Shown one piece after another: positions 1-12,494 of a stretch of 64,000 bases of DNA. The stretch lies in NCBI RefSeq assembly GCF_004010195.1, contig NC_057750.1, positions 7,651,387 through 7,715,386 of the forward strand, in the 5' to 3' direction. The translations under genes and the position numbers were made by a program. The stretch comes from Chiloscyllium plagiosum. Its lineage: Eukaryota. The notes beneath the pieces were generated by a model. The model had not been told where the DNA came from, did not search any database, and worked only from the letters and a program-made list of their open reading frames with translations. Each line of letters opens with the position of its first letter. Position 1 is the stretch's first letter.

Positions 1-135
1 CTTGCTGTGTTCCTCCAGCCTCCTGCCTGTCCCCCCTGATGCTGCCTGGCTTGCTGTGTTCCTCCAGTCTCCTGCCTGTCCCTCCTGATGCTGCCTGGCT
101 TGCTGTGTTCCTCCAGCCTCCTGCCTGTCTACCTT
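1..135. repeat. 49-bp tandem repeat derived from a PLE-end sequence (related array at 54815-54985)
   Basis: Unit starts at 1, 50, 99; contains gatgctgcctggcttgctgtgttcctccagc. Confidence 0.85.
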
Positions 136-327
136 GGATTCAGGACAGCAGTGCTGAAAGGGATTAAATTGTGAGGAGAAGCTATTTAACTTGCATTTTG
201 TAGAGTTGAGAGAACTGAGGTTTAACCGAGACGTGCAAAAGTATTAAACACTTTTGATGCTTTCTAATCCCTCTAGTGGGGGCAAGTGAACAGCAAAAGG
301 GACAGTTTCGGGCTTCATCCAGACTCT

Positions 328-365
328 CACTGAAGATATTACCTATTATGGTGATGAAACGTCTG
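328..365 (+). ncRNA. Hammerhead motif (family D)
   Basis: CA-CUGAAGA-U-AUUACC(UAUUAU)GGUGAU-GAAAC-GUC|UG; stem I only 2 bp. Confidence 0.5.
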
Positions 366-602
366 CAAATGAACCTTCCAGCTCAGTGAGCAAACCCACA
401 CCTAATCTTTAAGAGTTAGACTGTTTCTAAATGAAATCAGAACTCACATTCTCCACACAAATGGAACAAAAAAATGAGCAACTCTCCTGGTCCAAAAGGG
501 CTGCAGGAGTACAACTGAAAACTTTCAAGGTAAAGAGCCACACTTTTTTTTTTAAGTCAAATTATCAAGGGATATGGAGATACTGAACAACAACATCTCT
601 AA

Positions 603-1475
603 AATGATGCCAAAATTGGTGGGTATAGTGGACAGTGAAGAAGGCTATCTAAGATGATAAAGAGATCCTTGATCAATCGGGCCAATGGGCCGAGAAGTGG
701 CAGATGTAGTTTAATTTGGATAAATGTGAGGTATTTCATTCTGATAAAAAAGGACTTAGCCAATTAGAAATTGGGCCTTGGGTAGTGTTGTAGAACAGAG
801 TGACCCAGGGGTTCAGGTACATAATTCTTTGAAGTTTGCGTCACAGTAAGACAGGGCAATTAAGAAGGTGTTTAGCACGCTTGCCTTCATGGTTGAGTGT
901 AGGAGTTGGGACGTCAAGTTGAGGTTGTACAGGACATTGGTGAGGCCTCTTCTGGAACAGTGTCCAGGTCTGGTCACCCTGTTACAGGAAAGATTTTATT
1001 AAGCTGGAGAAAGTTCAGAAGATTTTTGCCAAGATTTGGCCAGTTATGGAAGGTTTGAGTTATAAAGAAAGACTGGATAGACTGGGATTTTTTTTCACAG
1101 GAGTGTAGGACATTGAGGGGTGACCTTATAGAGGTTTATAAAATCATAAAGGGTATAGATAAGGTGAGTGACAAGAATCGTTTCTCTAGGGTGGGGGACT
1201 TCAAGACTAGGGGGCATGTTTACATTTAAAAGGACACGAGAGAAAACTTTTGTTTTTTTACACAGTGATTCCTGTGTGGAATGAACTTCCAGAGGAAGTG
1301 ATGGATGCGGGTACAGTTACAATGTTTAAAGGACATTTGGATAAGGACATGAATAGGAAAGGTTTGGAGGGATATGGGCCTGAAGCAGGCAGGTGGGATT
1401 TGTTTAATTTGGGATTATGGATCGGCATGGTCTAGTTGGGCCGAAGGGTCTGTTTCCGTACTGTATGACTCTATG
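603..1475 (+). mobile_element. CR1/HER1-type LINE 3' fragment
   Basis: Decayed RT C-terminus (DD.KIGGIVDSEEG, WNELPEEV) ending in gggccgaagggtctgtttcc..tatgactctatga tail. Confidence 0.85.
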
Positions 1476-1834
1476 ACAGGCTGAAGGGTCTGAATGGCCT
1501 TTGACCTATTGCCCTGTGATGCTGGTGCTAAGTCAGCCCACGACAACAGCCATTTCACACATAGCAAGATCCCACAAGCACCGATTGAAGGAATTACAGG
1601 CCAGCATGCTTTTGGCGAGAACAAATGAACTAGCAGGAGGTCAATCCCCTCAATCCCAGCCAGCAATCCCAGTCGGTTTGTTTAAGCTCAGAATTGAACA
1701 CTGGAGATCTTCCTTAAGAGAAAGTACTCGACAGTAATGGATAGGTGTTTAATTGTCTTTATACAACAAATCGATAAATTCTTCTACAAAAAAAGGGTAA
1801 AATATGTAGATACCGGCCATACGGCAAAAAGGCA

Positions 1835-2190
1835 AAAAGACACAAACACACACACACACACACACACACACAGTGGCAGACATACGTAAACATGCATAAA
1901 CAGAGATAGACAAACATACACACGCACAGAGACACTCAGAGACAGACACACAGAGGCAGACGTACACAGACAGACAGATACAGACACACACACACAGAGA
2001 CTGACACACAGAGGCAAACATATATACACACACAGACAGATACAGACACAGACACACACACAGACACACACACACAGACAAGCACTCAGACAGAGACAGA
2101 GGTAGAGGCAGACACACAGACACAGAGTCAGACAGTCACACACACACAGAGACAGACACTGACACACAGACAGACTAACACACACATAGA
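1835..2190. repeat. Compound (AC)/(AG) microsatellite
   Basis: Direct inspection. Confidence 0.95.
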
Positions 2191-2605
2191 TGAAGGACAA
2201 ACACCAAACATTCTGTGCAATATTTTTAAATATAGTGAGACCACAATCTTATTGTTACCACTGAAGTGGACAAACTTCACTCCCCTCCTCCCACCCCCAC
2301 TTTAGGCTCTGAATATTTCCGGGAACAGGCGGCCAGCTGAAGACCCAGCAGAACCCACCCGCACTCAGTCATGGTGGAACGCTCACAGACATCGATCCTC
2401 GGCATCACCTCAATCGACTACAATGCCTGCCATGGGTGAATAGCTTGGGACCCTCACTGTCGAGGCTGATGCATGGATAAGCCTCAAACAAAAAAAATAC
2501 TGCAGATGCTGGAAATCTGAAACAAACACAGTGTTGGATATATTCAGCAGGTATGTAGAGAGAGAGAAACAGTTACCGTTTTGAATCCACTGCCCTCCAA
2601 CAGTC

Positions 2606-3372
2606 CCCACTCCCTCAGCACTGACCCTCCGACAGTGTGGCACTCCCCCAGCACTGACCCTCCGACAGTGCGGCACTCCCCCAGCACGGACCCTCCGACA
2701 GTGCGGCACTCCCCCAGCACTGACCCTCCGTCAGTGCGGCGCTCCCTCAGCACTGACCATCCGACAGTGCGGCGCTCCCCGAGCACTGACCCTCCGACAG
2801 TGCAGCGCTCCCTCAGCACTGATCCTCTGACAGTGCGGTGCTCCCTCAGCACTGACCCTCCCACAATGCGGCACTCCCTCAGCACTGACCCTCCCTCAGT
2901 GCGGCGCTCCCCCAGCACTGACCCTCCCACAGTGCGGCGCTCCCTCAGCACTGACCCTCCCACAGTGCGGCGCTCCCTCAGCACTGACCCTCCCACAGTG
3001 TGGCACTCCTTCAGCACTGACCCTCCGACATTGCGGCACTCCCACCGCACTGACTCTCCCACAGTGCAGTACTCCCGCAGCACTGACCTTCCCACAGTGT
3101 GGCGCTCCCTCAGCACTGACCCTCCCACAATGCGGCACTCCCTCAGCACTGACCCTCCCACAATGCGGCACTCCCATAGCACTGACCCTCCGACAGTGCG
3201 GCGCTCCCTCAGCACTGACCCTCCAACAGTGCGGCACTCCCTCAGCACTGACCCTCCCACAGTGCGGCGCTCCCTCAGCACTGACCCTCCCACAGTGCGG
3301 CGCTCCCACAGCACTGACCCTCCCACAGTGCGGCACTCCCTCTGCACTGACCCTCCGACAGTGCGGCACTCC
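2606..3372. repeat. 33-bp minisatellite, ~23 copies (cagcactgaccctccgacagtgcggcactccct)
   Basis: Constant 33-nt period; produces the spurious STDPPTVRHSL ORFs. Confidence 0.97.
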
Positions 3373-3487
3373 GAGCTCTGGAAAGGATGCCAGCCTATAG
3401 ATGTTCAGTTTGGTTCCTGGGTTGGACTTGAACCTGGAAACATCTGACTCAGAGGCAAACACGTTGATCCCACTGAACCACAGCCGA
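3373..3487 (-). mobile_element. tRNA-like SINE head (DeuSINE/SacSINE1-like) leading into the 33-bp array
   Basis: A box TGGTTCAGTGGG (3469-3480), B box GGTTCAAGTCC (3424-3434). Confidence 0.6.
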
Positions 3488-3509
3488 AGAATGTGCAGAG
3501 AAATACATT

Positions 3510-3515
3510 TTTATT
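3510..3515 (-). promoter_or_regulatory. Candidate polyadenylation signal AATAAA
   Basis: tttatt on plus; U/GU-rich sequence downstream on minus; weaker ATTAAA alternatives at 4660-4665 and 4815-4820. Confidence 0.5.
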
Positions 3516-4824
3516 AAAAATATACATATTACACACCACAACAATAGGGGAATGGGTTTGCTGAGAGTTGGGAGAGACCAAAAAAATTATGGGAGAGACA
3601 CAGAGACACACACAGACAGACATAATCTCAGGCACTGCAGGAACCTTCTACAGTTTAAAAAAAACACACACACAAACTCACATTGATGTTCACAAGGCGT
3701 ATATGGAATGACAGTTGCCGTGAGTAACATTAGAAACAAACCCACAATCCCAACCACACAACAACGCGGAGACATGGGAACACTTAATATACTTTTGTTC
3801 TCAGTTTGTAGTCTCTGCTTCTGTACAATATATATTTATATAAATAAGTAACGTACAACACATCAGAGAACGCTGGTAGCATTTACTCAAGCGAGAGAGC
3901 TCCCTCGCTGTAACTTTCTGAACCCTTCTAGGATTTACCTCCTTTTGCAAGGTTTAGCCCCCCTCCACCCAGTCCTATCTGTAGGGGGTCCCACACTGAT
4001 ACAAACTGGCAGCCCCCACTCCCTCCTGCCCCTTCCCCACCTCAATGACTCAAGGCTGGGAGTTTGAGGCAGGCTCTGGGAGGTTTTATAGGCCTCGATT
4101 CCTGGACAGTGCTCCCAGAGTCACCGGCCCCAACTGGGAACGTTCCCCACCATTTCCTTGAGCTCCCGAGGGCTCAGTGTCCCTGCCTCTGAGCCAGGAG
4201 GACTGGGCTCAAGTCCCTCCTGCTCCTGAGGGCGTGTAGTAGCATCTCTGAACAGGTAGATTAAAGAAAAGTTCTGAATATTGGCCGCTGTAATACCAAT
4301 GTGGCTAATCCAATGCAGGAAGCAATATAGTTAACACTGGCTTCATCTGGAAAACAAGGCGGCCCCTGGGTCAGCAAACTGGTGATTGTCCCTTCCAGTT
4401 TAGGAGCAGGGATTGCTAAAGGAGTACAATGTTCTTATCTTTAAAAATACTAAAGGTACTGTGATTATAAAATACGCTTAAAACATGTCCATAGCTCACT
4501 GTCTCTTTTTTTTGGGGGGGGGGGGGAATTAATTTCTTTCCCCTTTTAATTACCCCTCTCCTAAATATTGACCCCAACCAACAGGCAGATCAGCAGCTTC
4601 GTTAGTCAGACTGAATGTTCCTGTACCACCACCCTGTACCCTGTTTGGGTTGGAAGGCTTTTAATGTACAGGACCAAGCCTCTCCTGCAGCCCCACGAAT
4701 AACCAGATTCTCACATCCCTCTGAGTGAGATCCTGACCTCCCAAACTGCAGGAGTAAGACTGATCGGTCAGGGAGTTAAAGTCTCAATCCATGGAGCCCT
4801 CACCAACCGAAACCTTTAATACGT

Positions 4825-5960
4825 GACAGTATGTGTGAGAGAGAGCGAGAGAGAGTGTGAGTGTGCGTGTGCGAGAGACAGAAAGTCAGACAGTATGCAA
4901 GAGACAGACAGACAGAGTGTGCAAGAAAGTCAGACAGAGAGATTGCGAGTCAGAGAGTGTGCAAGAGAATCAGACAGAGAGAGAGTGTGTGAGAGACAGA
5001 GAGAGAGAAAGTGTGCGATATAAAGGCAGTGTGTGAGAAAAACAGACAGACTGAGTGTTTGAGAGAGAGTGAGGGAGAGAAAGAGAGTGTGTGTGCGCGA
5101 GAGAAAGACAGACAGCGAGTGTGTGCGAAGGTCAGTGTGACAGAAACAGATAGAAAGACTGAAAGAAAGTTTGTGTGAGAGAGTCAGACAGCGAGTGTGT
5201 GAGAGACAGAGAGTGTGTGCGACAGAAAGTCAGTGTGTGAGAGAAACAGACAGACAGGGAGAAAGAGAGTCAGAGAGTGTGCAAGAGAGTCAGTCAGACA
5301 GTGTGCGAGAGAAAGTCAGTGAGAGAGAAACAGACAGACAGACAGAGTGTGTGAAGAGTCAGACAGAGAGACTATGCGAGAGAGAGTCAGACAGACAGAG
5401 ACAGAGTGTATGAGAGTCTGACAGACAGTAAGTGCGTGAGAGAGTCAGTGTGAGAGAAACAGACAGACTGAGAGTGTGAGCGAGAGTCAGACAGACAGAC
5501 AGAGAGACAGACAGAGTGTGCGCGAGGGAGTCAGTGTGTGAGAGAAACAGATAGACTGAGTGTGTGAGAGAGAGTCAGATAGACCGACAGACAGAGTGTG
5601 TGTGAGAGTCAGACAGAGAGAGAGACAGACAGACAGATAGAGTGTGCACGAAAGAGTCAGTGTGAGAGAGAAACAGATAGAGAGAGTTTGTGTGAGAGAG
5701 TCAGATAGACAGTGTGCGAAAGTCAGTGCGTGAGAGAAACAGAGTATGTGCGAGAGAGTCAGACAGGTGTGCGAAAGTCAGTGCGTGAAACAGACAGAGT
5801 ATGTGCGAGAGAGTCAGACAGAGAGAGCATGTGGGAGTCAGAGAGAGTGAAAGCACAAGAGAGAGTCAGAGAGAAAGAGCATATGCGCACATGCGAGAGA
5901 AAGACAGAAACAGAGAGTGAGAAAGACTGGTTGTGAGAGAGTGTGTGGGAGACTGAGTGT
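4825..5960. repeat. ~1.1-kb degenerate (GA)/(GT)/(GACA) microsatellite
   Basis: Direct inspection; begins ~45 nt after the stop codon on minus. Confidence 0.95.
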
Positions 5961-6005
5961 GTATTAAAGGGGTATGAACATCTTTCCTGAACTCCAGGAG
6001 TGTGT

Positions 6006-6215
6006 TCAGAGGATGCTGACTCTCTCGCTGAGTCTCTGCACATCTCTGCTGCCTGAGCTAGCAGCAGAAGGGGGCTGTTTGGTGAGGTGGGGCAGGTACT
6101 GTAGGTGCTGTGCCTGGCTGCATTGCTCCCAGCGTGGGTCATCGCTCTCGTGGGTCAGGTACCGCTTTCCAATCTTGCACTCCAGCTCTCGCAAGTCCAA
6201 CCACGTCTGCTGGCC
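6006..6215 (-). CDS. PRKD2: PKD exon 18 coding part [29 protein letters not shown]...[13 protein letters not shown]
   Basis: gatacag acceptor; TGA at 6006-6008; C-terminal autophosphorylation/PDZ motif ERVSIL. Confidence 0.96.
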   Translation of the reverse strand, partial: GQQTWLDLRELECKIGKRYLTHESDDPRWEQCSQAQHLQYLPHLTKQPPSAASSGSRDVQRLSERVSIL

Positions 6216-6509
6216 CTGTATCCGGGGCGGGGGGAAGGAATAGGAGGAGGAAATGTGGAGTTGTCAGAAATTGGACTCAAAGACCGTTCTCTTATTCCTT
6301 TGTGAAACTGAAAGGGCTGTCACCATCACAGTTGGGAAACAGATAGTTGGTGCACCACAGCCAGGTTACCCTCAATAAACACTTCCCCTTCCCAAATCAT
6401 CCCCAATTTCTACAGTTATCCCCGGAATCCATCTATGGCCAGACTAAAGAATATGGGAATAGTACAGATAGAGTTAGATGGACCAAATGGCCTACTCCTT
6501 TGTGATCTG

Positions 6510-7177
6510 CAGAGGAATATCGATTATCCGAATTTCGGATGATCCGAAGATGATGTCAAGGTCCGGCAAAGCCCTTTGCAAAATATCTTGCAAAATGAAA
6601 TGTTTGACAGTATGTCACCTTACTGGGCCGTTCATTTTAAAAAAAAAGGCAGAGAACATAAACACATCCGTGAGGCAGTGCTTCGGTCTTTCTAACAAGA
6701 GACTGAACTCGCGGAAACTGACAAATGCTCTTGCGATCGTTGAAGCCGTTCAGGACTTTGTTAAGTGCTCCCCTCGCCACTGCATGTCGAATGCTAACTA
6801 CTGCTGCATTTTTAAAAAGTTTTCTCACGTTATCATTGCTTTATTTAGTTCCTGATGTGAAGTCTGTGTCTTCTTGTGCTCAATACATTAAAATTATAGA
6901 TTTAAAAACATTCTCTGCTACTGCACAGCGTTAGATCCCGATGAAGGGCTTATGCCCGAAACGTCGATTCTCCTGCTCCTCGGATGCTGCCGGACCTGCT
7001 GTGCTTTTCCAGCAACACACTCCTGACTCTGATCTCCAGCATCTGCCGTCCTCGCTTTCTCCCAGCGTTAGATCAGCATGACTTTCCTTGTTTAAGGTAA
7101 AATCGATTATCCAAATAATCAACCATCCGGTCGAAATAGTGTCCGCCCATCTCGTTCGGATAATTGAGGTTCCTCTG
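6510..7177. mobile_element. Tigger/pogo-like non-autonomous DNA transposon
   Basis: ~23-bp TIRs cagaggaatatcgattatccgaa / ttcggataattgaggttcctctg; subterminal gattatcc repeats; TA TSD not intact. Confidence 0.7.
6938..7062 (+). mobile_element. PLE-end fragment (family A) nested in a DNA transposon
   Basis: Perfect 12-bp TSD cagcgttagatc (6926-6937, 7063-7074); hammerhead core mutated to CCGAUGA. Confidence 0.8.
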
Positions 7178-7896
7178 CATTCCTCCCCCCACTTTCCTTT
7201 ATATGGCACGGGAATGAAATAAGGAAGGGGGATTCCGGTGTACAATGCCAGTTGTGCCAACTGACTCAGATGGGCCATTTGCATGGCACCAATCTCACAG
7301 GAAGGTTTCCACTGACTTATTCTTTCGCAAAACATGGGTATTGCTGGCAAGGTCAATCCCTAATTCAGCTTGAAAAGTGTGGCTTGTCCAGTAAATTCAG
7401 ACGGAAGAGACAGCCCCAGGAGTCAGGAGTCACATGTAGGCCTGACCAAATTCCCAAAAGGACATCGGTGAACCAGACAGGTTTTGATAAAAGGCAATGG
7501 TTGTCCCATGATCACCATCACCGAGATTCATCCGGCAATCACAGAGAGGAGAATTGGAACAGAATGGCATTGGGACATCTGAAGAGATGGGCCTAATGGT
7601 CTCATTCCATGCAAAATGGCCGAAGTAGCTAGCAACATGATGGGATTTAGCCAAGACACCTCGGGATGATCCTGTAACCCATCCGAAAAGGTGACGTTGC
7701 ACCTTCAACCCTAAACTGAAGCAGCAAACTGCAGGGGGCCTGGGGGGGGGGGGGGGGGAGTTTTCAGACAGTGTGGCACTCCCTCTGTATTGTGCTGGGT
7801 CACCAGATCAGTTCCAACACTGGGGCTGAACACAGGACAATCTGAGGCACTGACCGACCTACCCCCAACCCCAGCCCCCAGGAGCCAAAAGGTTAC

Positions 7897-7982
7897 CTGC
7901 AGGAAGGGGTGACTCAAAGACTTGTCCACACTGTATCGTTTCCTCATCTTCACCTGGAGCAAGTTGTTGATCAGATCAATGC
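7897..7982 (-). CDS. PRKD2: PKD exon 17 (86 nt) [29 protein letters not shown]
   Basis: tttaaag acceptor, gtaacc donor, phase 1 to 0. Confidence 0.97.
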
Positions 7983-8087
7983 CTTTAAAAAGGAGAGAGA
8001 TTTCAGCTGATCATTCGCTTCCTCCTCCTTAGAGGCTTCTCGAACCGATGTTAGAGATTGGATTGCAATCCAATATACACAGCACAG

Positions 8088-8799
<712 letters not shown>

Positions 8800-9117
8800 T
8801 CAAAGGGAGAAGGGGGAGTCACAGAAGGTGCCAAAGGCAGGGCTCAGAGGAATGGGATGGATTATTCATCGACTGAGTTTACAACAACAGGCCATAGTTA
8901 TTGACTCCGCCTCTTCTGGAGTCACATGATCCTGCTTTTATTTCCCAATCCCCAGAAGATATTCCGTCGCTTGGAGACGTCTCGATTTCAACATTGTATT
9001 CAAACCAAGTCTTGCTTGGCATTTGAATAGCATCCAGCTCTTCCCCCTCAAACTGGTACGAGGCTTTTTAAACAATAATTTATTCACAGGTTGAGGGCAC
9101 GACGGCCAGCCCAGCAT

Positions 9118-9467
9118 TTAGATTAGATTAGATTAGATTACAGTGTGGAAACAGGCCCTTCGGCCCAACAAGTCCACACCGACCCGCCGAAGCGAAACCC
9201 ACCCATACCCCTACATTTACCCCTTACCTAACACTACAGGCAATTTAGCATGGCCAATTCACCTGACCCTGCACATCTTTGGATGGTGGGAGGAAACCGG
9301 AGCACCTGGAGGAAACCCACGCAGACACGGGGAGAACGTGCAAACTCCACACAGTCAGTCGCCTGAGGTGGGAATTGAACCCGGGTCTCTGGCGCTGTGA
9401 GGCAGCAGTGCTAACCACTGTGCCACCGTGCCGCCCACTGCCACCGTGCCGCCCACACCGTGCCGCC
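9118..9467 (-). mobile_element. HE1/V-SINE-type SINE nested in a second SINE family
   Basis: (ttaga)n tail, V-domain, head end triplicated; host SINE spans ~9085-9725. Confidence 0.85.
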
Positions 9468-10049
9468 CTTACTGCCTATGGGGCAGTTAAGAGTCAACCC
9501 CATTGCTGTGGGCCTGGAGTCACGTGTAGGCCAGACCAGGTAAGGATGACAGTTTCCTTCCCTTAAGGGTATTAGTGAACCAGATGGGTTTTTCCCCCAA
9601 CAATCGATTCATGATCATCATTAGACTCTTAATCCCAGATTTTTAATTGAATTCGAATTCTGCTGTGATGGGATTCGAACCCACCTGGGTCGCTAGATTA
9701 ACAGCTCGGCAATAATACCACCTCCCCTTATCATCAGTTCACCATTGGTCAAGGTAACCCTGGGACTGAGCAGAGGGGGTTAAGGCAGGGTGCTCCCCCC
9801 AATGGCCAAATCCAGAAGTGCAGGCCAGGTCAGTCCCAATCCCTTCCTTCGAGTTCGCCTGCTGTGCTTGCAATTTGTTCAGCGGAACGTAGGAATCTTT
9901 GGTTCAGCCCGCAAATGTTGGCCATGCCTAATTGCCCCTTGAGAATTTGGTGGCCTTCTCAAACCCTGGAATCCCACGGTGCAGGAAGGGAGGCAGCTCC
10001 AGATCAAGACGGGTGTGAGTGGCTTTGAAAGGACCGAATGCAGGGATCA

Positions 10050-10276
10050 TGCAAGGTGGCCATTCTGGGAAGGTCAAGGGGGAACGTGGGGGTGTGGAAG
10101 GCAGGCACCTTGGGAAGGTCAGGAGAAAATGTGGGAATGGAAAGCAGCCATCTTGAGAAAGTCAGAGAATGCAGGAATGGAAGGTGGCCATCTTGAGGAG
10201 GTCAGAGAATGTGGGGACGGAAGGTGGCCATCTTGAGGAGGTCAGAGAATGTGGGGATGGAAGGTTGCCATCTTGA
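10050..10276. repeat. 40-bp tandem repeat, ~6 copies, abutting the exon 15 donor
   Basis: ggaaggtggccatcttgaggaggtcagagaatgtgggga(c/t). Confidence 0.88.
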
Positions 10277-10293
10277 TCACCGTAGTGACCCAC

Positions 10294-10392
10294 CTGAGGG
10301 AGGGGCTCAGCTGACGCCAGCAGCACATTTTCTGGTTTGAGATCACAGTGCACAATGTTCTTGAAGTGTAGGTGCCGGAGGGCAACAAGGAT
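10294..10392 (-). CDS. PRKD2: PKD exon 15 (99 nt) [33 protein letters not shown], catalytic loop
   Basis: tccacag acceptor, gtgggt donor; HCDLKPEN characteristic of PKD. Confidence 0.97.
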
Positions 10393-11164
10393 CTGTGGAA
10401 ACAGAAAGAAAACAACTCAATAAACAGTGCCATCTTGTCAGTCATCCCCTTGGGCTTTCAGTCTAAGTGGCTTATCACTGCTTTCTGTCCCACTGTGGCC
10501 TAGACATTCAGATTTAACACGTAACACACCCATATTCCAACATCCAGGTTTACTCAAAAACACTAAAGGATGGGCTGGGGCTGGGGTTGGAATGTTAATT
10601 CAAATAGGGCACAGTCCCCCCCCTCCCACCTTTTTTTTTCTGATCACTCTCCCATTTGTATGTATTGGCCTCAATATTGGCCTCAAATGAAAAGCCACAT
10701 ACAGCAGACAATGTGGTGAGGAAAAGCTAAATTCCATCTTGGACCATTCAGGATTTGGTATCCCAAAACAGTGGTGGATTGGTGCTGTTTCCCCCATGGT
10801 CCTGTCTCTCGCTCTGGTTGTAACAGGAGGCAGGAATGGCCTAGTGGCATTATCATGGGATGGTTAATCCAGAGACCTGGGCCCATGCCCTGGGGAGGCA
10901 GGTTCAAATCCTGCCCAAGCTTAAGTTAAACAAACAAAATCTGGAATTAAGAGTCTATTTCCCCAATTGTTGGGAGAAACCCAATTGGTTCACCATCCTT
11001 CAGGGAAGGAAACTGTTGTCCTGGTGTGGGCCTACATGTTACTCCAGACCCACAGCAATATGGCTAACTTAACTGCCCTCATTGGCAACTAGGGATGGTC
11101 AATAAATAATGGCCTATATAATGGAGTGAATAAAAACAATTCCCTCCAGCTCCCTTGAGATCTG

Positions 11165-12345
11165 GATACAAGTGTAGATGGGTATGTTTGCAAACATCAT
11201 GAGAATTGTTGCAGCCATGGATAATGAGGAGGATTGTCAAGAGATACAGATTGGAAGATTGGGCAAAGAAATGGCAAGGTGGAGCTATAGTCCAGACAAA
11301 TGTGGGTAAATAGGCAAAGTCTTTTCCCTGGGGTTGAGGAGTCCAGAACTAGAGGGCATAGGTTTAGGGTGAGAGCGGAAGAATATAAAAGAGACCTAAG
11401 GGGCAACTTTTTCACACAGAGGGTGGTATGTGTATGGAATGAGCTACCAGAGGATGTGGTGGAGGCTGGTACAATTGCAACATTTAAAAGGCATTTGGAT
11501 AGGTATATGAATAGGAAGGGTTTGGAGGGATATGGGCCGGGTGCTGGCAGGTGGGACTAGATTGGGTTGGGATATCTGGTTGGCATGGACGGGTTGGACC
11601 GAAGGATCTGTTTCCATGCTGTACATCTGTATGACTCTAAATGCAAGAGGGATGTGTCCAATGAATGGCAGGACCCTGAGCAGCTTTGATATACGGGGGG
11701 ATCTTGGGATCATAGTTCCCTGAAAGTGGCAGCACAAGTGGATAAGATGGTAAAGGCGGCATACGGCATAAGTTGCCTTCATCGGTCAGGGCACTGAGTA
11801 TAAAAGTTGGCAAGACTTTAGTTAGGCCACACTTGGGAGTATTGCGTGCAGCTCTGGTTGCCACACTATAAGGAAAGATGTGGAGGCTTTGGAGAGGGTG
11901 CAGAAGTGGTTTGCCAGGATTGGAGTGTATGAGCTATGAAGACAGTCTCGACAAACTTGGATTGGTTTATCTCTAGCGTCGGAGGCTGAGGAGCGACCTG
12001 ATAGAAGTTTATAAAACTATGAGAGGCATAGATAGTCAGGAGACCTTATCCCACGGTGGAAATGTCAAAACTAGGGGCCTCAGGTTTAAGGCGAGAGGGG
12101 GAGATGTTTGAAGGAGATGTATGAAGCAAGTCTTGTTTTTACACGGAGGGTGGTAGGTCCCTGGAATATGCTGCCAGAGTTGCTGGGAGATACAACAGCC
12201 ACATTTAGGAGGCATTTAGACAGACACAGGCTGGGAATAGAGGGATGCGGGTCAGGTGCAGACTGGTGGGATTAGTTTAAAATGGCATTGTGGCTGGCAC
12301 AGACACAGTGGGCCGAAGGGCCGGTTCCTGCAGTGCACCACGTTT
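11165..12345 (+). mobile_element. Two adjoining or nested CR1-type LINE fragments
   Basis: RTRGHRFRVR..FFTQRVVCVWNELPE with tail at ~11640, then a second older copy to ~12345. Confidence 0.8.
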
Positions 12346-12494
12346 TAACGTTGCACTCTTGCAATTCTGTTATTTTTTTGGCAGATCCTTACTTCACTAA
12401 TGGTGCAGGTGATTCCAGTTTCAGCTCTATAATTCCCTCCCTCCTCCTCTCTGAAGTTCCCTAAAGATTGTGTTGATGACTCATGGTGTTGAAT

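Larger units (their letters stand above)
3490..6005 (-). other. Putative 3' UTR of the PKD gene (~2.5 kb)
   Basis: Runs from the stop to just past the first AATAAA noticed on the minus strand; AU-rich segment at ~3780-3860; end point is inferred. Confidence 0.5.

Noticed and set aside
2300..2490. GC-richer unique stretch as an exon of a neighbouring gene
   Set aside because: No recognisable peptide or convincing splice-site pair in the frames examined.
2544..3462. Long ORFs of 188-288 aa on both strands
   Set aside because: By-product of a 33-bp (multiple of 3) minisatellite; no splice or domain support.
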